Notes: generated by a model from the sequence alone, not told the origin. Shown: positions 24,261 through 35,979, counted from the first letter of the stretch. The stretch is 64,000 nt of DNA from Endomicrobiales bacterium (GCA_963794945.1 CAWCFT010000001.1:96001-160000); one strand, 5' to 3'. Program-made: numbers and translations.

Positions 24261-24626
24261 TTAATATGTCGTATCTTTAATTGTTTTTTTCTTTTCATTC
24301 GACAGGATGCCGTTTACATCCATTTTATCGCCGTCTTTCATCTTTGACACCTTTCCGTTTGGCAGCCTGTAAGTGCCATTTTTCATCACCACCGTGCCGT
24401 TGGACAGGGTTAAGTTAACATCCATCATCTCCATCATCCCGCTCCTTACCACTATCATATTTCCGTCATTCATCATGACGTAATCGCCGGCATTGAGCGG
24501 TTGGTTGTTTGTTCCGGTAACGGTCATGGTTTCAGTTGAGGTGAAATAACTCGGCTCCGCATTTACCGCGAGAGTGAAACCTCCGACAATAAGCATTGCT
24601 GCCAAAACAATAAAATAATTTTTCAT
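24261..24626 (-). CDS. Met-rich secreted protein (DUF6799-like), copy 1
   Basis: Signal peptide and MMNDGNM...LSNGTVVMKNG...MKDGD repeats. Confidence 0.7.
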   Translation of the reverse strand: MKNYFIVLAAMLIVGGFTLAVNAEPSYFTSTETMTVTGTNNQPLNAGDYVMMNDGNMIVVRSGMMEMMDVNLTLSNGTVVMKNGTYRLPNGKVSKMKDGDKMDVNGILSNEKKKTIKDTTY

Positions 24627-24905
24627 CGTAATACTCCTTGTTTCGTTTTTACAGGATTAGCGGCCGAACGCCGGCTCTGCCAGCCATTGAGCGCTATTCC
24701 CTTTTGATTGCATCCTTTAGAACCTTACCTCCATAATTCTCGCCTTTTGCCCTTATTATAATGATAATTTCCTTTGTGAGGACAGATCTCAGAGGCTCAC
24801 CTCTTAGGTTAACTTTATCCTATTACATAACGCGCCGGTATGTAAGTGGCTGATTCTCTTTTCAAATGACTTAATTCTTCTCTTACCGTGTTTTCAGAGA
24901 AGCAT

Positions 24906-27423
24906 TCACCGTTCTGCGCCAGAGGTGGATCTTCCTCTGGCACGACCTGTTCCTACAGAAATCGGAGGATTCCATGTCGCGGTATTGATCTTCATGTCAA
25001 CTATCAGCGGGAGATGGTCCGAGGCGATTTTATCAAGGTCCGTCCTTGATACTTCCACGCGAGTGACCTTGAATTCCTGGCTGACGAAGACGTGGTCTAT
25101 TCTAGCGACAGGATAACGGCTAAAGAAAGTCGCTTTGGGTCTATGGTCATCAAGCTCTACCTGAGCGTCGCGGAGGACTTTGCTGATAATGTGGTATAAC
25201 CTCGAAAAAGGAAAAGAATTCAGATCCCCGCACAAAATTACCGGCCCGCGGCAGTCCGGGCTGTTTAGCCATTCCGTGCCTAGTAAAACATCCATATGCC
25301 GTATCCTTTCCCGTGGAAAGATTCCGAGGTGCGTATTAAAGAAATTGATCTCCGTTCCCGCAATGTTTATTACCGCCCAGATAACCCCGCGGGGTTCTAT
25401 AACCGAGTTCTTAGTTTTGACGGGAAAACGCCCCGCGCGGACCAGCTCCATCGGAAAACGGCTGAGCAGCGCTATGCCGTATTGTTCCTGGCCTACTACA
25501 ACAAGGGGATGAAAATGATAAGCCATCTCAAGTTCTTTGGCTATCAGGTGGGTCTGATCAACCTGTCCGGTGCGTTTGCGGCCCATGTCCAGTTCCTGAA
25601 GCGCGACGATATCAGGTTCGTGGCGCCCGATGGCGCGCGCGACCCTTTCAGGCGATATCTTTCCGTCGGTTCCAACACAAGAGTGCACATTATACGTGAT
25701 TACCCTGATACCGCCCGGGGCGGTTATTCTCTTTTGGGCAACCGGCATTCCGGTATATTGTTCAGGTTCTTTCGAAGGCCTGCGTTTCAAGAACCGCAAA
25801 ACCGCGAAGCGCAGGTCCAGCGGAGTTAAAAATGTTTCTTCTCTCTTTCTCGGAACAACATCAACCGGAAGCAAGGCAAAACCCGTGGTCTCCTCGATCC
25901 CTGGCCCGCCGTGCGATCCGTGTTCTACTGGGAAGGTCATAGGCCTATGTCCCGGCCTGTATCCAATAAAACTCAGGTCGCCTGCGTTGTGATGATGGCA
26001 TAGGCTTATCAAGTCTTGAGTTAGCTGGTCCAGATTCGAGCGCCCCTCGCCTAATATATTTTTCGCATCGTGCGGCAATACAAACTCTCCTTCTTCAGTC
26101 CAGGCGCGCGCTTTTCCTCCTTCTTCTGCCAGCATAACAACGGGTATCTTAGCTTTATCTACTAATTCCCGCGCGAAGCGGTGCAGTATATCCTTGTTCA
26201 TCTTTCGAGGTAAATATATATCTCCCTTCGGTCCAAAAGCCGTAACGACAAGCTTCTTATCAGGACTATAGGCGCTATCATCGTCCGCGCGTGTTCGGAC
26301 GTTTTTATTATAGAATGAGAACCCCAGAAAACTGACGCGCCGCAGCCGTTCCGCGTTCTTATCAATGCGCTGCAGGCGGAATTCTTCATTCAACCCTTTC
26401 AGGACTTCGGCTACCGCGTCTTCAACGTTTTTTTTGTATTTAACTGCGTAGGAAACGGAATCTTCCTGCCCGTGATCCGAATAGATCCAGAGGTCATAAT
26501 TGCGGCGTGAAGAATGCATGGCGTCCCGGTATATCTTCGCAATAGCTCGGTCGATACCCTGCAGAGACCAGGATCGCCGCCCGCGAGGATGGGCCGCGGT
26601 TATGGGCCACCTCGTCGTAACCTATAAAATTCAAATGCACAACCGGAAGCCCGCGCGCGATATCGAGCTTTGCCCCCATTGCCGCGAGGTCCCTCAAAAG
26701 GATACAGATTAGGGCCCGTATATAAATAAACTGGAGTTCTTTTATAATATTCTCGTCGCTGAACAACCCGCGAATAAAATCGAATATACCCATCGCGAAT
26801 TCTAGCGCCATTAACACGAATACCCGAAGCATTGATGGGATATGGGTCAACGCCAGGATAAAAGATTTAAACGGGTTGACGTCTTTCCATAGTTGGCCCC
26901 ATCCCACGGAAGTCACACAAAAATGTGATTCCTGAGCGCCGCCCCTGAAAATATTTGAATACGAACTCCCACCTTCCAGGAGCCCCTCTCCTTTTAGCGC
27001 GAGCCTCTTTTCTACTTCCATTACCGCGTCGCTTTCGTACATCCGTAAAACCTTTCCGCTGTCCCTGTCTAGGTACCCAAACCCCGGCACTACTTGCTTG
27101 ACTCCGTAAAATAATTCACCCTGGACCGAGGGAGTGCTCGAGGGCATCCCCGGGTAAAGCGTATGAAGCCTGTAAAAATTATTCTCCTTGAGTTTTTTAA
27201 GAAAAGGCATTTTATTATCAGCGAGCGCCTTGTTTAGCTTCATCCGTGATAAACCGTCTATCTGCAGGAGCACTAGCCCGGGCTTTGTCTCAGCCCCTTT
27301 TATCCTTGGAAAAGGCAAAAGCCTGGCTGACCACTCGCTTAATGAGAATAGCCGCGGTATATTGAGAAAGAAATTAAATATTTTTTCACCTGATCTTAAT
27401 TTTGATGAGACAGTCTCAGTCAT
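24906..27423 (-). CDS. Alkaline-phosphatase-superfamily + endonuclease/exonuclease/phosphatase fusion (frameshift near 26560)
   Basis: QIDGLS, PSSTPSVQ, YDEVAH, SDHGQ and HGSHGG, then TYNVH, LQE, GDLN, RIDH and SDHLP. Confidence 0.85.
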
Positions 27424-27509
27424 AGTGCCGCTGTTTAGTTCAATATATTGCCCAAGGCCATCCCGCAGGAGCGTAACATTCCCGGGCTTTCATGGGTGGA
27501 GTCTGCACG

Positions 27510-27881
27510 CTAATGTGCCGGGTTGTTAATTTTATGCACTTTGTCGCTCGACAGGTTGCCGTTCACATCTATCCTGTCGCCGTCTTTCATCTTATTAACC
27601 GACCCATTAGGCAGCCTGTAACTGCCGTTCTTCATCACCACCGTGCCGTTGGGCAGGGTTATATTAACGTCCATCAACTCCATCATCCCGCTCCTTATCA
27701 CCATCATATTTCCATCGGTCATCGTGACGTAGTCACCCATAGCGAGCGGCTGGCTGTTGACCCCGCTAACAGTACCGGTATTGCTCGCCGTTAAATATCC
27801 CGTTTCCGATTCCTCCGCCAGCGCGTAACCACCTATCATAAACATTGCTGCAACAACAATTAAATAATTCTTCATCGCCAT
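27510..27881 (-). CDS. Met-rich secreted protein (DUF6799-like), copy 2
   Basis: Clear paralog of 24261-24626. Confidence 0.7.
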   Translation of the reverse strand: MAMKNYLIVVAAMFMIGGYALAEESETGYLTASNTGTVSGVNSQPLAMGDYVTMTDGNMMVIRSGMMELMDVNITLPNGTVVMKNGSYRLPNGSVNKMKDGDRIDVNGNLSSDKVHKINNPAH

Positions 27882-28112
27882 ACTCCTTGTTTTGTTTTAA
27901 TGAACAAGCCGCCGAATGCCGTTCTTTCATGGCATGGAGCGCTTTTATCTTTAATTTCTTTTAACCTTGCCTCCATATTCTTTCCTATTAGGTCTAACTT
28001 AATTGTATTACTTAATGCGCTTGCATATGCTCGGCTGATTCTCAATCCCCATGACTTAATTCTTTCCGGCATTTTTGTTGCCGCCTAACACATGAAATAG
28101 CCGTATTTTGAT

Positions 28113-28153
28113 AAAACATAAAGGCAGATAGATCTCTATCTGCCTTTATGTTT
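28113..28153. terminator. Palindrome / terminator, AAAGRCRGATA family
   Basis: AAACATAAAGGCAGATA-gatctc-TATCTGCCTTTATGTTT. Confidence 0.75.
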
Positions 28154-28181
28154 ATTAGAAATTGCCGATTCGTAATTTTAC

Positions 28182-28556
28182 TTAATTGTTATCTTCCCAT
28201 AATTCAAGGACATTGCCGTCGGGGTCTTGTATCTCAGCCCAGAAACCCCATTCGCCCGCAGCGGTTTTAGGCGTTATCACCCTGCCCTTCTCAGCTTTGA
28301 CCTTTGAGAGGCTCTTATCTATCGATTTAACTGTTATGACCGGCATGGGCGTTTCCTTTTTATTTACCCGTTTGAACAATCCGCCGTTAACCGCGCCCTT
28401 CTCCACAGGCACCCAGTTCTTGTCCACTCTCACGGTAGTAATGTGTGAATGCCCCGCCTCGTGTGATGATATCTCCCACCTAAATACCTTTCTATAAAAC
28501 TTCCCAGCCCTTTCCACGTTGTCAGCCGGCATATCAAAACCTGTTACATTATCCAT
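28182..28556 (-). CDS. VOC/glyoxalase family protein
   Basis: FDMPADNVERAGKFY and DPDGNVLELWE. Confidence 0.88.
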   Translation of the reverse strand: MDNVTGFDMPADNVERAGKFYRKVFRWEISSHEAGHSHITTVRVDKNWVPVEKGAVNGGLFKRVNKKETPMPVITVKSIDKSLSKVKAEKGRVITPKTAAGEWGFWAEIQDPDGNVLELWEDNN

Positions 28557-28782
28557 AGATTTTACCTCCAATAAATTCTGATTTGACTTACGTAATCAAG
28601 GAGCCGCACTCCCCCCTACAGGATATATATTTGCGCCGCCAGTTCCAATTACCTTTTTCCACTTTTCACTGACCTTTTTACAGGTTAGCGCTTGTCATCG
28701 AATGAGAAGTTTTGCAGTAAAAAATAAAAAAAGACAGATAAATTATATCTATCTTTTTCCCTTTTAGTCCTTTTTAGCAAAG

Positions 28783-29193
28783 TTAGGGAAGTTTGACGCC
28801 GTCATCACATTTACCATCATTCGCAAAATACTGAATGTAATTCTTTACCGCTTCGGCCATTTGCGCCATATCGGCAGGCTTTGGGATATAATCCAACACA
28901 TATTTCTTTAGGCCTTCTTCATTCGGCCCTGCCGATGTGGCCGCTGTGAGCAGGACAATAAGAACATTCTCAGTGAAGCCTTGTTTTACTATCTCCCTTA
29001 TTGTATCCCAACCGTTCAGAACAGGCATGTATAGATCCAATAATATTACCCCAATAAATCCATTCCTGATCTTTTCAATACATTCCTTACCGTCGCAAGC
29101 TACAATAACATCCATTCCCTCTTGCCCAAGGTAACGGGATACTGCATCCCGTATCCCGGGTTCGTCATCAACGATCATGATCTTTGCGGTCAT
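28783..29193 (-). CDS. Single-domain response regulator
   Basis: IMIVDDE, LLDLYMP, LTA and YIPKP. Confidence 0.9.
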   Translation of the reverse strand: MTAKIMIVDDEPGIRDAVSRYLGQEGMDVIVACDGKECIEKIRNGFIGVILLDLYMPVLNGWDTIREIVKQGFTENVLIVLLTAATSAGPNEEGLKKYVLDYIPKPADMAQMAEAVKNYIQYFANDGKCDDGVKLP

Positions 29194-29505
29194 TTTTCCA
29201 CCTATATTTTTTGTAGCCACGTTACATTAGCCGGAGAATTCGCCGACCCGGCCGCGAATACTAACGCCTTCAGTCATTTAAATATTTTTGTATTAATATA
29301 TTACATTATTCACAACTTCCCTGCAACAGCATGAAATCGCGTCAGACGGATTTTCGCACTGCTGCCCCGGTTTTTTCTCGAACGAAGATAGCTGCAAATA
29401 AATAAAGACAGATATGTTTTATCTGCCTTTATTTATTTAATGAAGTTAGAGAAAACGCCGTACTCCGTAAGCAAATTATTGCTTTAGCCACCCACAGCGT
29501 TCCTT

Positions 29506-30390
29506 TTACACCGCCGCCGGGACTTTTTGCCAGATGTGGGCATATTCGTCGGCGAACTTCTCGAAGTGTATGGGGTTTTTCCGCGTCAGAATTCGTACGT
29601 CATCGGATACCGTTGACCGCAGCCCTTCCCTCGCGTGAGGGCCAAGGCTCGCCATTGCTTTTATATCCCACTCGCTCATGCCGTATCCTTTCAGCGCCTT
29701 TTCGAAAGCAGCATCGTCCACCGCAACGTAAGTTATGGTTCTTCCTGCCGCCTTTGAGATCAGCCCTGCCGTTTCCTTCAAAGTAAGCGCCTTAAGCCCG
29801 GTCAGTGTGTATTCCTTAAAATGGTGCGCGCCCGGGGTAAGCAGCATCTCGGCGTCGGCTGCCGCTATGTCCCGGACGTCTACAAAGCTTATCCTAGCGT
29901 CGCCGGAGTTGAAGCTCATCGTGTTCTGACGAATTTATCTGCCCGGCGTAGTAGACCGCGAAGTTCTGCATGAAGTTGTTCGGCTGTGTGATCGCGTAAG
30001 GTATGCCGCTGCGGCGCACCAGGTCGTCAATATGGCCGTGCACTTTGAAAAGAAAATGGCTCGAATCCGCGTTGGAGCCCATCAGGGACGAGCGCAGGAT
30101 AAAGCCTATGTTATTGCGTTTGGCGGCCCGATAATGTTCTCGGCCCACCCGGTCATCGGCTCGGCAAGCGGCAAAAGCATGAACACGCTGTCGAAGCCTT
30201 TCATCGCTTTCTCAAGCATATAACGGTCGCCGAGGTCCACTGCGATGCCCGGCACGCCCGCTTTTTTTATCTTTCCCTGCTCGTCCTCCGGCGCCGCAGC
30301 AGTAACATCCGCGCCCTTCGCCTTTAAGTACTGGACAAGGAGCGTACCTATATTCCCGGTTGCCCCCAATATCAATATCTTGTTGCTCAT
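29506..30390 (-). CDS. NmrA/SDR-like NAD(P)-binding oxidoreductase (two frameshifts)
   Basis: ILGATGNIG, QPNNFMQN and ISFVDVRDIA in three frames. Confidence 0.85.
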
Positions 30391-30586
30391 AAAACCCTCC
30401 TTCGCGGCGAAATATTTTTTTGCCTTCACCGCCCGCTATAACAATATACTAGATGCGGAAGGACCGTAAAATGATGTTTTTCCCAAAAACCCTGTGTTTT
30501 CTCCCATATATAACAACGCGGCTGCACTGTTTCCTGTATATGTTCTTTACGCTAAATGCTATGATATATACAGAGGAGCAAATCGT

Positions 30587-31430
30587 ATGCCGGTAGAGAT
30601 AGGGAAAATAAATACCTTAAGAGTAGTTAAAATAGTGGAGTTCGGTGCATACCTTGACGGCGGGGACCGGGGCGAGATATTACTGCCCAAAAATACTATG
30701 CCCGATAACTGCGCGGTTGGCAGCAGTATAGAGGTTTTTGTTTATTTCGATTCGGAGAGCCGTATTATCGCCACCACCAGGAGGCCGTACGCTATGGTTG
30801 GAGAAGCGGCCTATTTAAAGGTTGTTTCCACCTCTTCTTTTGGCGCCTTCGTTGACTGGGGACTGCCTCAAAAACACCTACTTGTGCCTTTTTCCGAACA
30901 TAAAAAGCGAATGGTAGTTAATCAATTCTACTGCCTGTACATATACAACGATAAACACTCCGGCCGTGTCGTGGCAACGGAGAAGTTCGATAAATTCATA
31001 GCCGCCCTTAATTCAGATTTCGTTGAGAAACAGGGCGTTGACCTCTTTATCGCCGAACAGACCGAGCTTGGGTATAAAGCAATTATCAACAACACCCACT
31101 GGGGCATGCTCTATAAAAATGAGGTGTTCCAGAAATTGGAAATAGGCCAAAAGATCAAGGGATTCATTAACAGGGTCCGGGAAGACAAAAAAATAGACCT
31201 CTCCCGTTACGAGCCCGGCTACAAAAGAGTCGAGAGCCTGCTTGACACAATACTTGCAAGCCTCAAACAACACAAGGGCTTTCTCCCCTTGAGCGACAAA
31301 ACCCCGCCCGCAGAACATCTACGCCTTCTTCGGCGTCAGCAAACAATCCTACAAGAACGCCATCGGCGGCCTCTACAAAAAGAAGCTCATACGCATCGAT
31401 CCCGACGGCATACGCCTGATCGAAAAATAA
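30587..31430 (+). CDS. CvfB family S1 RNA-binding protein (frameshift near 31315)
   Basis: FGAYLDGG, GAFVDWGL, KDL-like KHLLVPFSE and LPLSDKTP. Confidence 0.85.
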
Positions 31431-31484
31431 TTTTGATCCGGCTGTCAGGTTAAATCGAGATAAGATAACGCATTTATTTTTTCG

Positions 31485-31574
31485 TTGCCATCTCGAACGC
31501 CACTTAAATTGTCATCCCGAACGAATGTGAGGGATCTAGATTTCTCCACGCCTCTTCGTAGGATCGAAATGACA
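31485..31574 (+). repeat. REP/MITE-like palindromic element (GTCATCCCGAAC...GAGGGATCT), inverted partner at 32501-32590
   Basis: The two ~90-bp copies align by eye with few mismatches. Confidence 0.8.
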
Positions 31575-31629
31575 TGAACTCACAAACTTCAGCAATAGGC
31601 TCATTGCCCAGCCTTGCGATGATCTGCTC

Positions 31630-32439
31630 TCAATAAACCTCGAACTTGGTCGAGAGGCCGCGTTTTTTCACGCCTCTCCACAGCCAGTTGAAAAATAAGC
31701 CTGTCGCCATAAGGTAGGCGATGTTCAGCAGCGTCGCCTTCCACATTAGCCCCGGCGCGTAGGCTTTTACAAGGACAATGGAACGGAGCTCGGCGAAAAC
31801 GTAAGACGTCGGGAGTATTGCCGCGAAGAACTGCGCGCCACGCGGCAGGGTTTCAACGGGATAGAATACCCCGCTGAACGGCTGGAAAAGAAATGCGAGG
31901 CCCCACGCGACTATCTCCGCCGACTGGCCGAAACGCAAAATTATCGCAGTGGCCACAATGCCTATGCACCAGCCAAACATCAGCAGGTTGAGTATCGCCG
32001 GTATCAGCGCGAAGCCGAGTGTGAAATAGTTATAGTTGTAAAGCCAGAAAGCTATCGTTGCCATAAACGATATCGTGATAAAATGTTTTATCATCCCGTA
32101 GGTTATGGCCGCTGTAAGGAATTCAAAAGGGGACAAAGGCGATACAAAGATATTCAAAATATTTCGCGCCCAGACGTCTTCAAGGAACGTTACCGTTATA
32201 GACTGCTGCGCGCGGAATAGTATGTCCCACGAGATGAGGGCGCCTACGAAGAGCAGCATATAATCGATCTTCCCCCCGCTGTGGCTGTTGAGATAAACCG
32301 TGGTGTAGCCCCAAACCATCAGGTCCATCATCGGCCAGTAGAACATGTCCATCCAGCGGGTAAAATTGCGCGGCATAAGCGTAACATGCCGGACAACAAG
32401 CCCGTATATGCGTTTCAATGCTTTCCTGAGATTATTCAT
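31630..32439 (-). CDS. ABC-2 type transporter permease
   Basis: Six TM segments and FSGVFYPVETLP. Confidence 0.88.
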   Translation of the reverse strand: MNNLRKALKRIYGLVVRHVTLMPRNFTRWMDMFYWPMMDLMVWGYTTVYLNSHSGGKIDYMLLFVGALISWDILFRAQQSITVTFLEDVWARNILNIFVSPLSPFEFLTAAITYGMIKHFITISFMATIAFWLYNYNYFTLGFALIPAILNLLMFGWCIGIVATAIILRFGQSAEIVAWGLAFLFQPFSGVFYPVETLPRGAQFFAAILPTSYVFAELRSIVLVKAYAPGLMWKATLLNIAYLMATGLFFNWLWRGVKKRGLSTKFEVY

Positions 32440-32500
32440 TATGACTTGTCCTTTTTGTAATTCCTAATTCTTTCCTCTTGCTTCAGATGGTGCCACTTCT

Positions 32501-32590
32501 TGTCATTTCGACCCACCGAAGAGGCGGGGAGAAATCTAGATCCCTCACATTCGTTCGGGATGACAATTTAAGTAGCGCTCGAGATGACAA
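32501..32590 (-). repeat. REP/MITE-like palindromic element, inverted copy of 31485-31574
   Basis: Its reverse complement matches 31485-31574. Confidence 0.8.
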
Positions 32591-32819
32591 AGAGAGAGTT
32601 TTGGCATAGTCCCGTGTTACACCACACCGTTGTGGCGGCTCCCTTATTCTTCCTTCTTTTCTTCAGACTGTGCCGTAGTGCCACAAGATGGTCTTTGCGA
32701 GGGAGTGAAGCGACCGAAGCAATCTCGTTGTTTCCGGAGAAGTAAGATTGCCGCGCTCCTCTCCAAACTACCGGTGAGCCCTAGGCTTTCAGTCGCCCGC
32801 AATTACGGAAATTGAGTAA

Positions 32820-33542
32820 TTATTCATCCCTACTTAATTCCAAAAACGCGTCCTCAAGATTATTCTGCTTGGCCTGCGTTATAAGTTTTGCCGGGGTAGT
32901 GCGGGCTTTTATTTTCCCGTGGTGCAGGAATATCACTTCTTCGCACACCTCTTCCACTTCGTGCATGTTGTGGGACGTGTAGAGGATAGTTACCCCGTCC
33001 TGCTTTGCTATCTGCTGCAGCTGGCGGCGCACAATGCGGGCCGAAGCGGGGTCAAGGCTCGCGGTCGGCTCGTCGAGGCAGAGGAAACACGGCGAATTAA
33101 GCAGCGATTTTACCATGTTCAGCCGGGTAGATTGCCCGGAAGAAAGTTCTCCGGCTTTTTTATATTTGAACTCGGAGAGCTCAAATATCTTTAAAAGGTA
33201 ATCGGCCCGGTCCTGCCAGTGCGGCACATCATATAGATAAGAAAAAAACCTCAGATTTTCCCATATCTTGAGGTTTGATGGGAGGCTCACGTAAGCGGTG
33301 GAAAAATTCAACTTCGCGAGTATCTCCTGCCTGTGGCGCTGAATATCTTTGCCAAACACTTTTATCTTGCCCCGGGTAGGGGTTATCAGGCCCAGTATCA
33401 TATAGATGGTGGTTGTTTTGCCGGCACCGTTCGGGCCAAGAAGCCCCGTGATGCGGCCTTCAGGCAGGTCAAAGCTTATATCGTCTACCGCCGTAAAATC
33501 GTTAAAACATTTTGTGAGTTTATCTATTTCCAGAATAGCCAT
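32820..33542 (-). CDS. ABC transporter ATP-binding protein
   Basis: GPNGAGKTT, LSSGQ, LDEPT and TSH. Confidence 0.93.
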   Translation of the reverse strand: MAILEIDKLTKCFNDFTAVDDISFDLPEGRITGLLGPNGAGKTTTIYMILGLITPTRGKIKVFGKDIQRHRQEILAKLNFSTAYVSLPSNLKIWENLRFFSYLYDVPHWQDRADYLLKIFELSEFKYKKAGELSSGQSTRLNMVKSLLNSPCFLCLDEPTASLDPASARIVRRQLQQIAKQDGVTILYTSHNMHEVEEVCEEVIFLHHGKIKARTTPAKLITQAKQNNLEDAFLELSRDE

Positions 33543-33597
33543 TGCATCATCTTACAAAAGTTTGACTTTACAGGCAATATCACAATGAACCTCCGCG

Positions 33598-34230
33598 TCA
33601 CACGTGATCTTTATTGTCCGCGCCTATCGTCCCGGTTTTGAGCGGTCCGGCGAACTCGTAGGTGGCTATGATAACGCCCGTCGTGGCGGTTTTGGACTCA
33701 ATAAGCTTGAACCCTTCCGCCCGGGTTCCTTCCGCGAAAAGCCGCTTGCCGCCGCCCACGGTTACCGGAAAGGTCCAGATATGCATCCGGTCCAGCAAAT
33801 GGTTTTTCAGCAGGGTTTGAATCAGGTTGCCGCTGCCGTGCACCCAGAGGTCCGGGGCGTTCTCTTCCTTGAGCTTCTTTATCTGGCCCGCGACGTCGCC
33901 CGTAACGCAAACGGAGTTTTTCCAGGAAGGGTTGAACTGCTTATCCGAGACCACATATTTTTTTACACTGTTAAATTTGTTTGCCACCACCATATCCGTC
34001 TTCGCGTCCGGCCAGTACGAGGCGAAAATGTCATAGGTGAACTTGCCGAGCAGAAGCTCGAATGGAAGCCCCATAAAACCGGCCATCACCCCGCGGCCCA
34101 TCACATCGTCCCAATAGTTCGCCGTCCAGCCGCCGTACGCAAACCCGCCCGACGTGTCTTCCGCGGGCCCTCCCGGCGCCTGCATAACCCCGTCCAGTGT
34201 TACAAAAGTAGTGCTGATTATCTTTCTCAT
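33598..34230 (-). CDS. Dihydrofolate reductase (RibD C-terminal) family protein
   Basis: TLDGVMQAPGG, LLGKFTY, HGSGNLIQTL and GGGKRLF. Confidence 0.9.
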   Translation of the reverse strand: MRKIISTTFVTLDGVMQAPGGPAEDTSGGFAYGGWTANYWDDVMGRGVMAGFMGLPFELLLGKFTYDIFASYWPDAKTDMVVANKFNSVKKYVVSDKQFNPSWKNSVCVTGDVAGQIKKLKEENAPDLWVHGSGNLIQTLLKNHLLDRMHIWTFPVTVGGGKRLFAEGTRAEGFKLIESKTATTGVIIATYEFAGPLKTGTIGADNKDHV

Positions 34231-34364
34231 ATGTTTCTCTCCTTGTATAACTTTTCCGGCAACCTTTTTAACTTGACGATCACGTCCTGCCCGCCAAGAA
34301 ACCGGCTGATTCCGCCGAGTGACAGTCGGATCTGCGACTTCGGCTTGCGGGGCAGTCAGTGCTT

Positions 34365-34464
34365 CCCCTCTTTTGTAAAGAGGGGATTGAGGGGAGTTAG
34401 AAAGTGAGAGGCAGTAACACATTTATAGAACTCCCCCCTGCCCCTCTTTGCACAAAAGAGGGGT
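34365..34464. repeat. CCCCTCT...AGAGGGG palindromic intergenic repeat pair
   Basis: Two inverted CCCCTCTTT-N-AAAGAGGGG hairpins. Related units occur at ~37840-37965 and 40941-40977. Confidence 0.6.
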
Positions 34465-34722
34465 GTAATCGGGTATATTTTAGCAATCTGTTCATAAAAA
34501 CGCCATCAGCGTATTCTCCTTTTCTTTGCTTTTTTTCCACTTTAAGCCCGATGTAAAAAGACTCACGAAGTGGAAAATAATAAGTAAATTGTAAATTCAG
34601 GCAATTGCGCGGTATTCCCTGCTTTGGTATTCTTTAACTGTTGAAAGCGTTATACAACGAGCAAGGTAAATTGAGGGAGGCGCGGCAAGCGGCCATCCCA
34701 AACGAACAAAGGAGTAATAAAA

Positions 34723-35856
34723 ATGAAGAACATCGTGTTGGTTCATGGAGCTTTTGCAGATGGGTCAGGATGGGAAGGTGTCTACAAGATCTTAAAGAAG
34801 GACGGGTACAACGTCAGCATAGTCCAAAATCCGACGGTATCGCTGGAAGATGATGTCGCCGCTACAAAGCGGGTGTTAGCCGACCAGGACGCACCGGCTA
34901 TCCTTGTCGGCCACTCCTACGGCGGTGCGGTGATCACTGAGGCGGGCAATGACCTCAAAGTCGCGGGGCTCGTCTATATTTCCGCCTTTGCTCCGGACAA
35001 AGGAGAGTCCGTTGGCTCGCTTATTAAAAATCCGGCGCCGGGAGCGGCGGTGCCCCCGATTTTGCCTCCCAAGGATGGGTACCTGTTGATCGATAAGGCG
35101 AAGTTCCCCGCGGCTTTCGCGGCGGACGTCGATGCCGATAAGGCCGCGTTCATGGCTAACTCCCAGGTGCCTTTTGGCGTGGAAGCGCTAAACGGCGCCA
35201 TAAGCGTGCCGGCGTGGAAATTCCGGCAGAGCTGGTACCTGGTGACCACGGACGACCAAATGATCCCGCCACCGGCTCAGCGCGCCATGGCCAAGCGGGC
35301 GGGCGCTGTCGTCGTCGAGGCAAAAGGCAGCCACGCGGCCTACATGTCGCAGCCCAAAGCTGTCGCGGCTATCATCGAACAGGCCGCCAAGGGTGTGAAG
35401 ACACCTGGATCAAGAACGGATCAGTTGAAACAATTGATTTCGCACATCGAGAAAAGGGAAACGAGCAAGGCAGACATGCTTTTGGCGGATGATTTCATGT
35501 TTTCGGGGCCAACGCCGGAACCGCTCTCAAAGAAAAGTTTCATGGAGTTTCATTCGTCCCTCGTAAGCGCGTTCCCGGATTTTTCGTTCAACGCTCACGA
35601 TTTTGAAGAGAGCGGCGATAAGGTTAAGTTCAAGGTCAGTATCACCGGAACTAATCAAAGAGAGCTTAACTTTCCCATGATGGGAATAAAAGCCGCCGCC
35701 ACCTATAAGCGCGTAGCGCTGCCCGAAGAGAAGATCGAGATCGAGTTCACCGGCAACCAGGTCTCCAGCTTCAAAGTGGAAAAGGCGGCTAATGGCGGTG
35801 TTCCCGGTATGCTTTCACAGCTTGGAATCCCGATGCCCGCGCCGGCTAAGGTGTAA
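34723..35856 (+). CDS. Alpha/beta hydrolase fused to a C-terminal SnoaL/ester-cyclase-like domain
   Basis: LVHGAFADGS, GHSYGG and GSH, then AFPDFSF...ITGT in the C-terminal part. Confidence 0.8.
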   Translation: MKNIVLVHGAFADGSGWEGVYKILKKDGYNVSIVQNPTVSLEDDVAATKRVLADQDAPAILVGHSYGGAVITEAGNDLKVAGLVYISAFAPDKGESVGSLIKNPAPGAAVPPILPPKDGYLLIDKAKFPAAFAADVDADKAAFMANSQVPFGVEALNGAISVPAWKFRQSWYLVTTDDQMIPPPAQRAMAKRAGAVVVEAKGSHAAYMSQPKAVAAIIEQAAKGVKTPGSRTDQLKQLISHIEKRETSKADMLLADDFMFSGPTPEPLSKKSFMEFHSSLVSAFPDFSFNAHDFEESGDKVKFKVSITGTNQRELNFPMMGIKAAATYKRVALPEEKIEIEFTGNQVSSFKVEKAANGGVPGMLSQLGIPMPAPAKV

Positions 35857-35979
35857 GCTCAGAAAACCAAATAGAGAACAGAAAAAGACAGATAAGATTT
35901 ATTTCTATCTGTCTTTTTTATGCACGGACGTGCGGGTTCAACGCGCGTTAGAAAAGAAGCTCATCCCCGGCTCGATATA

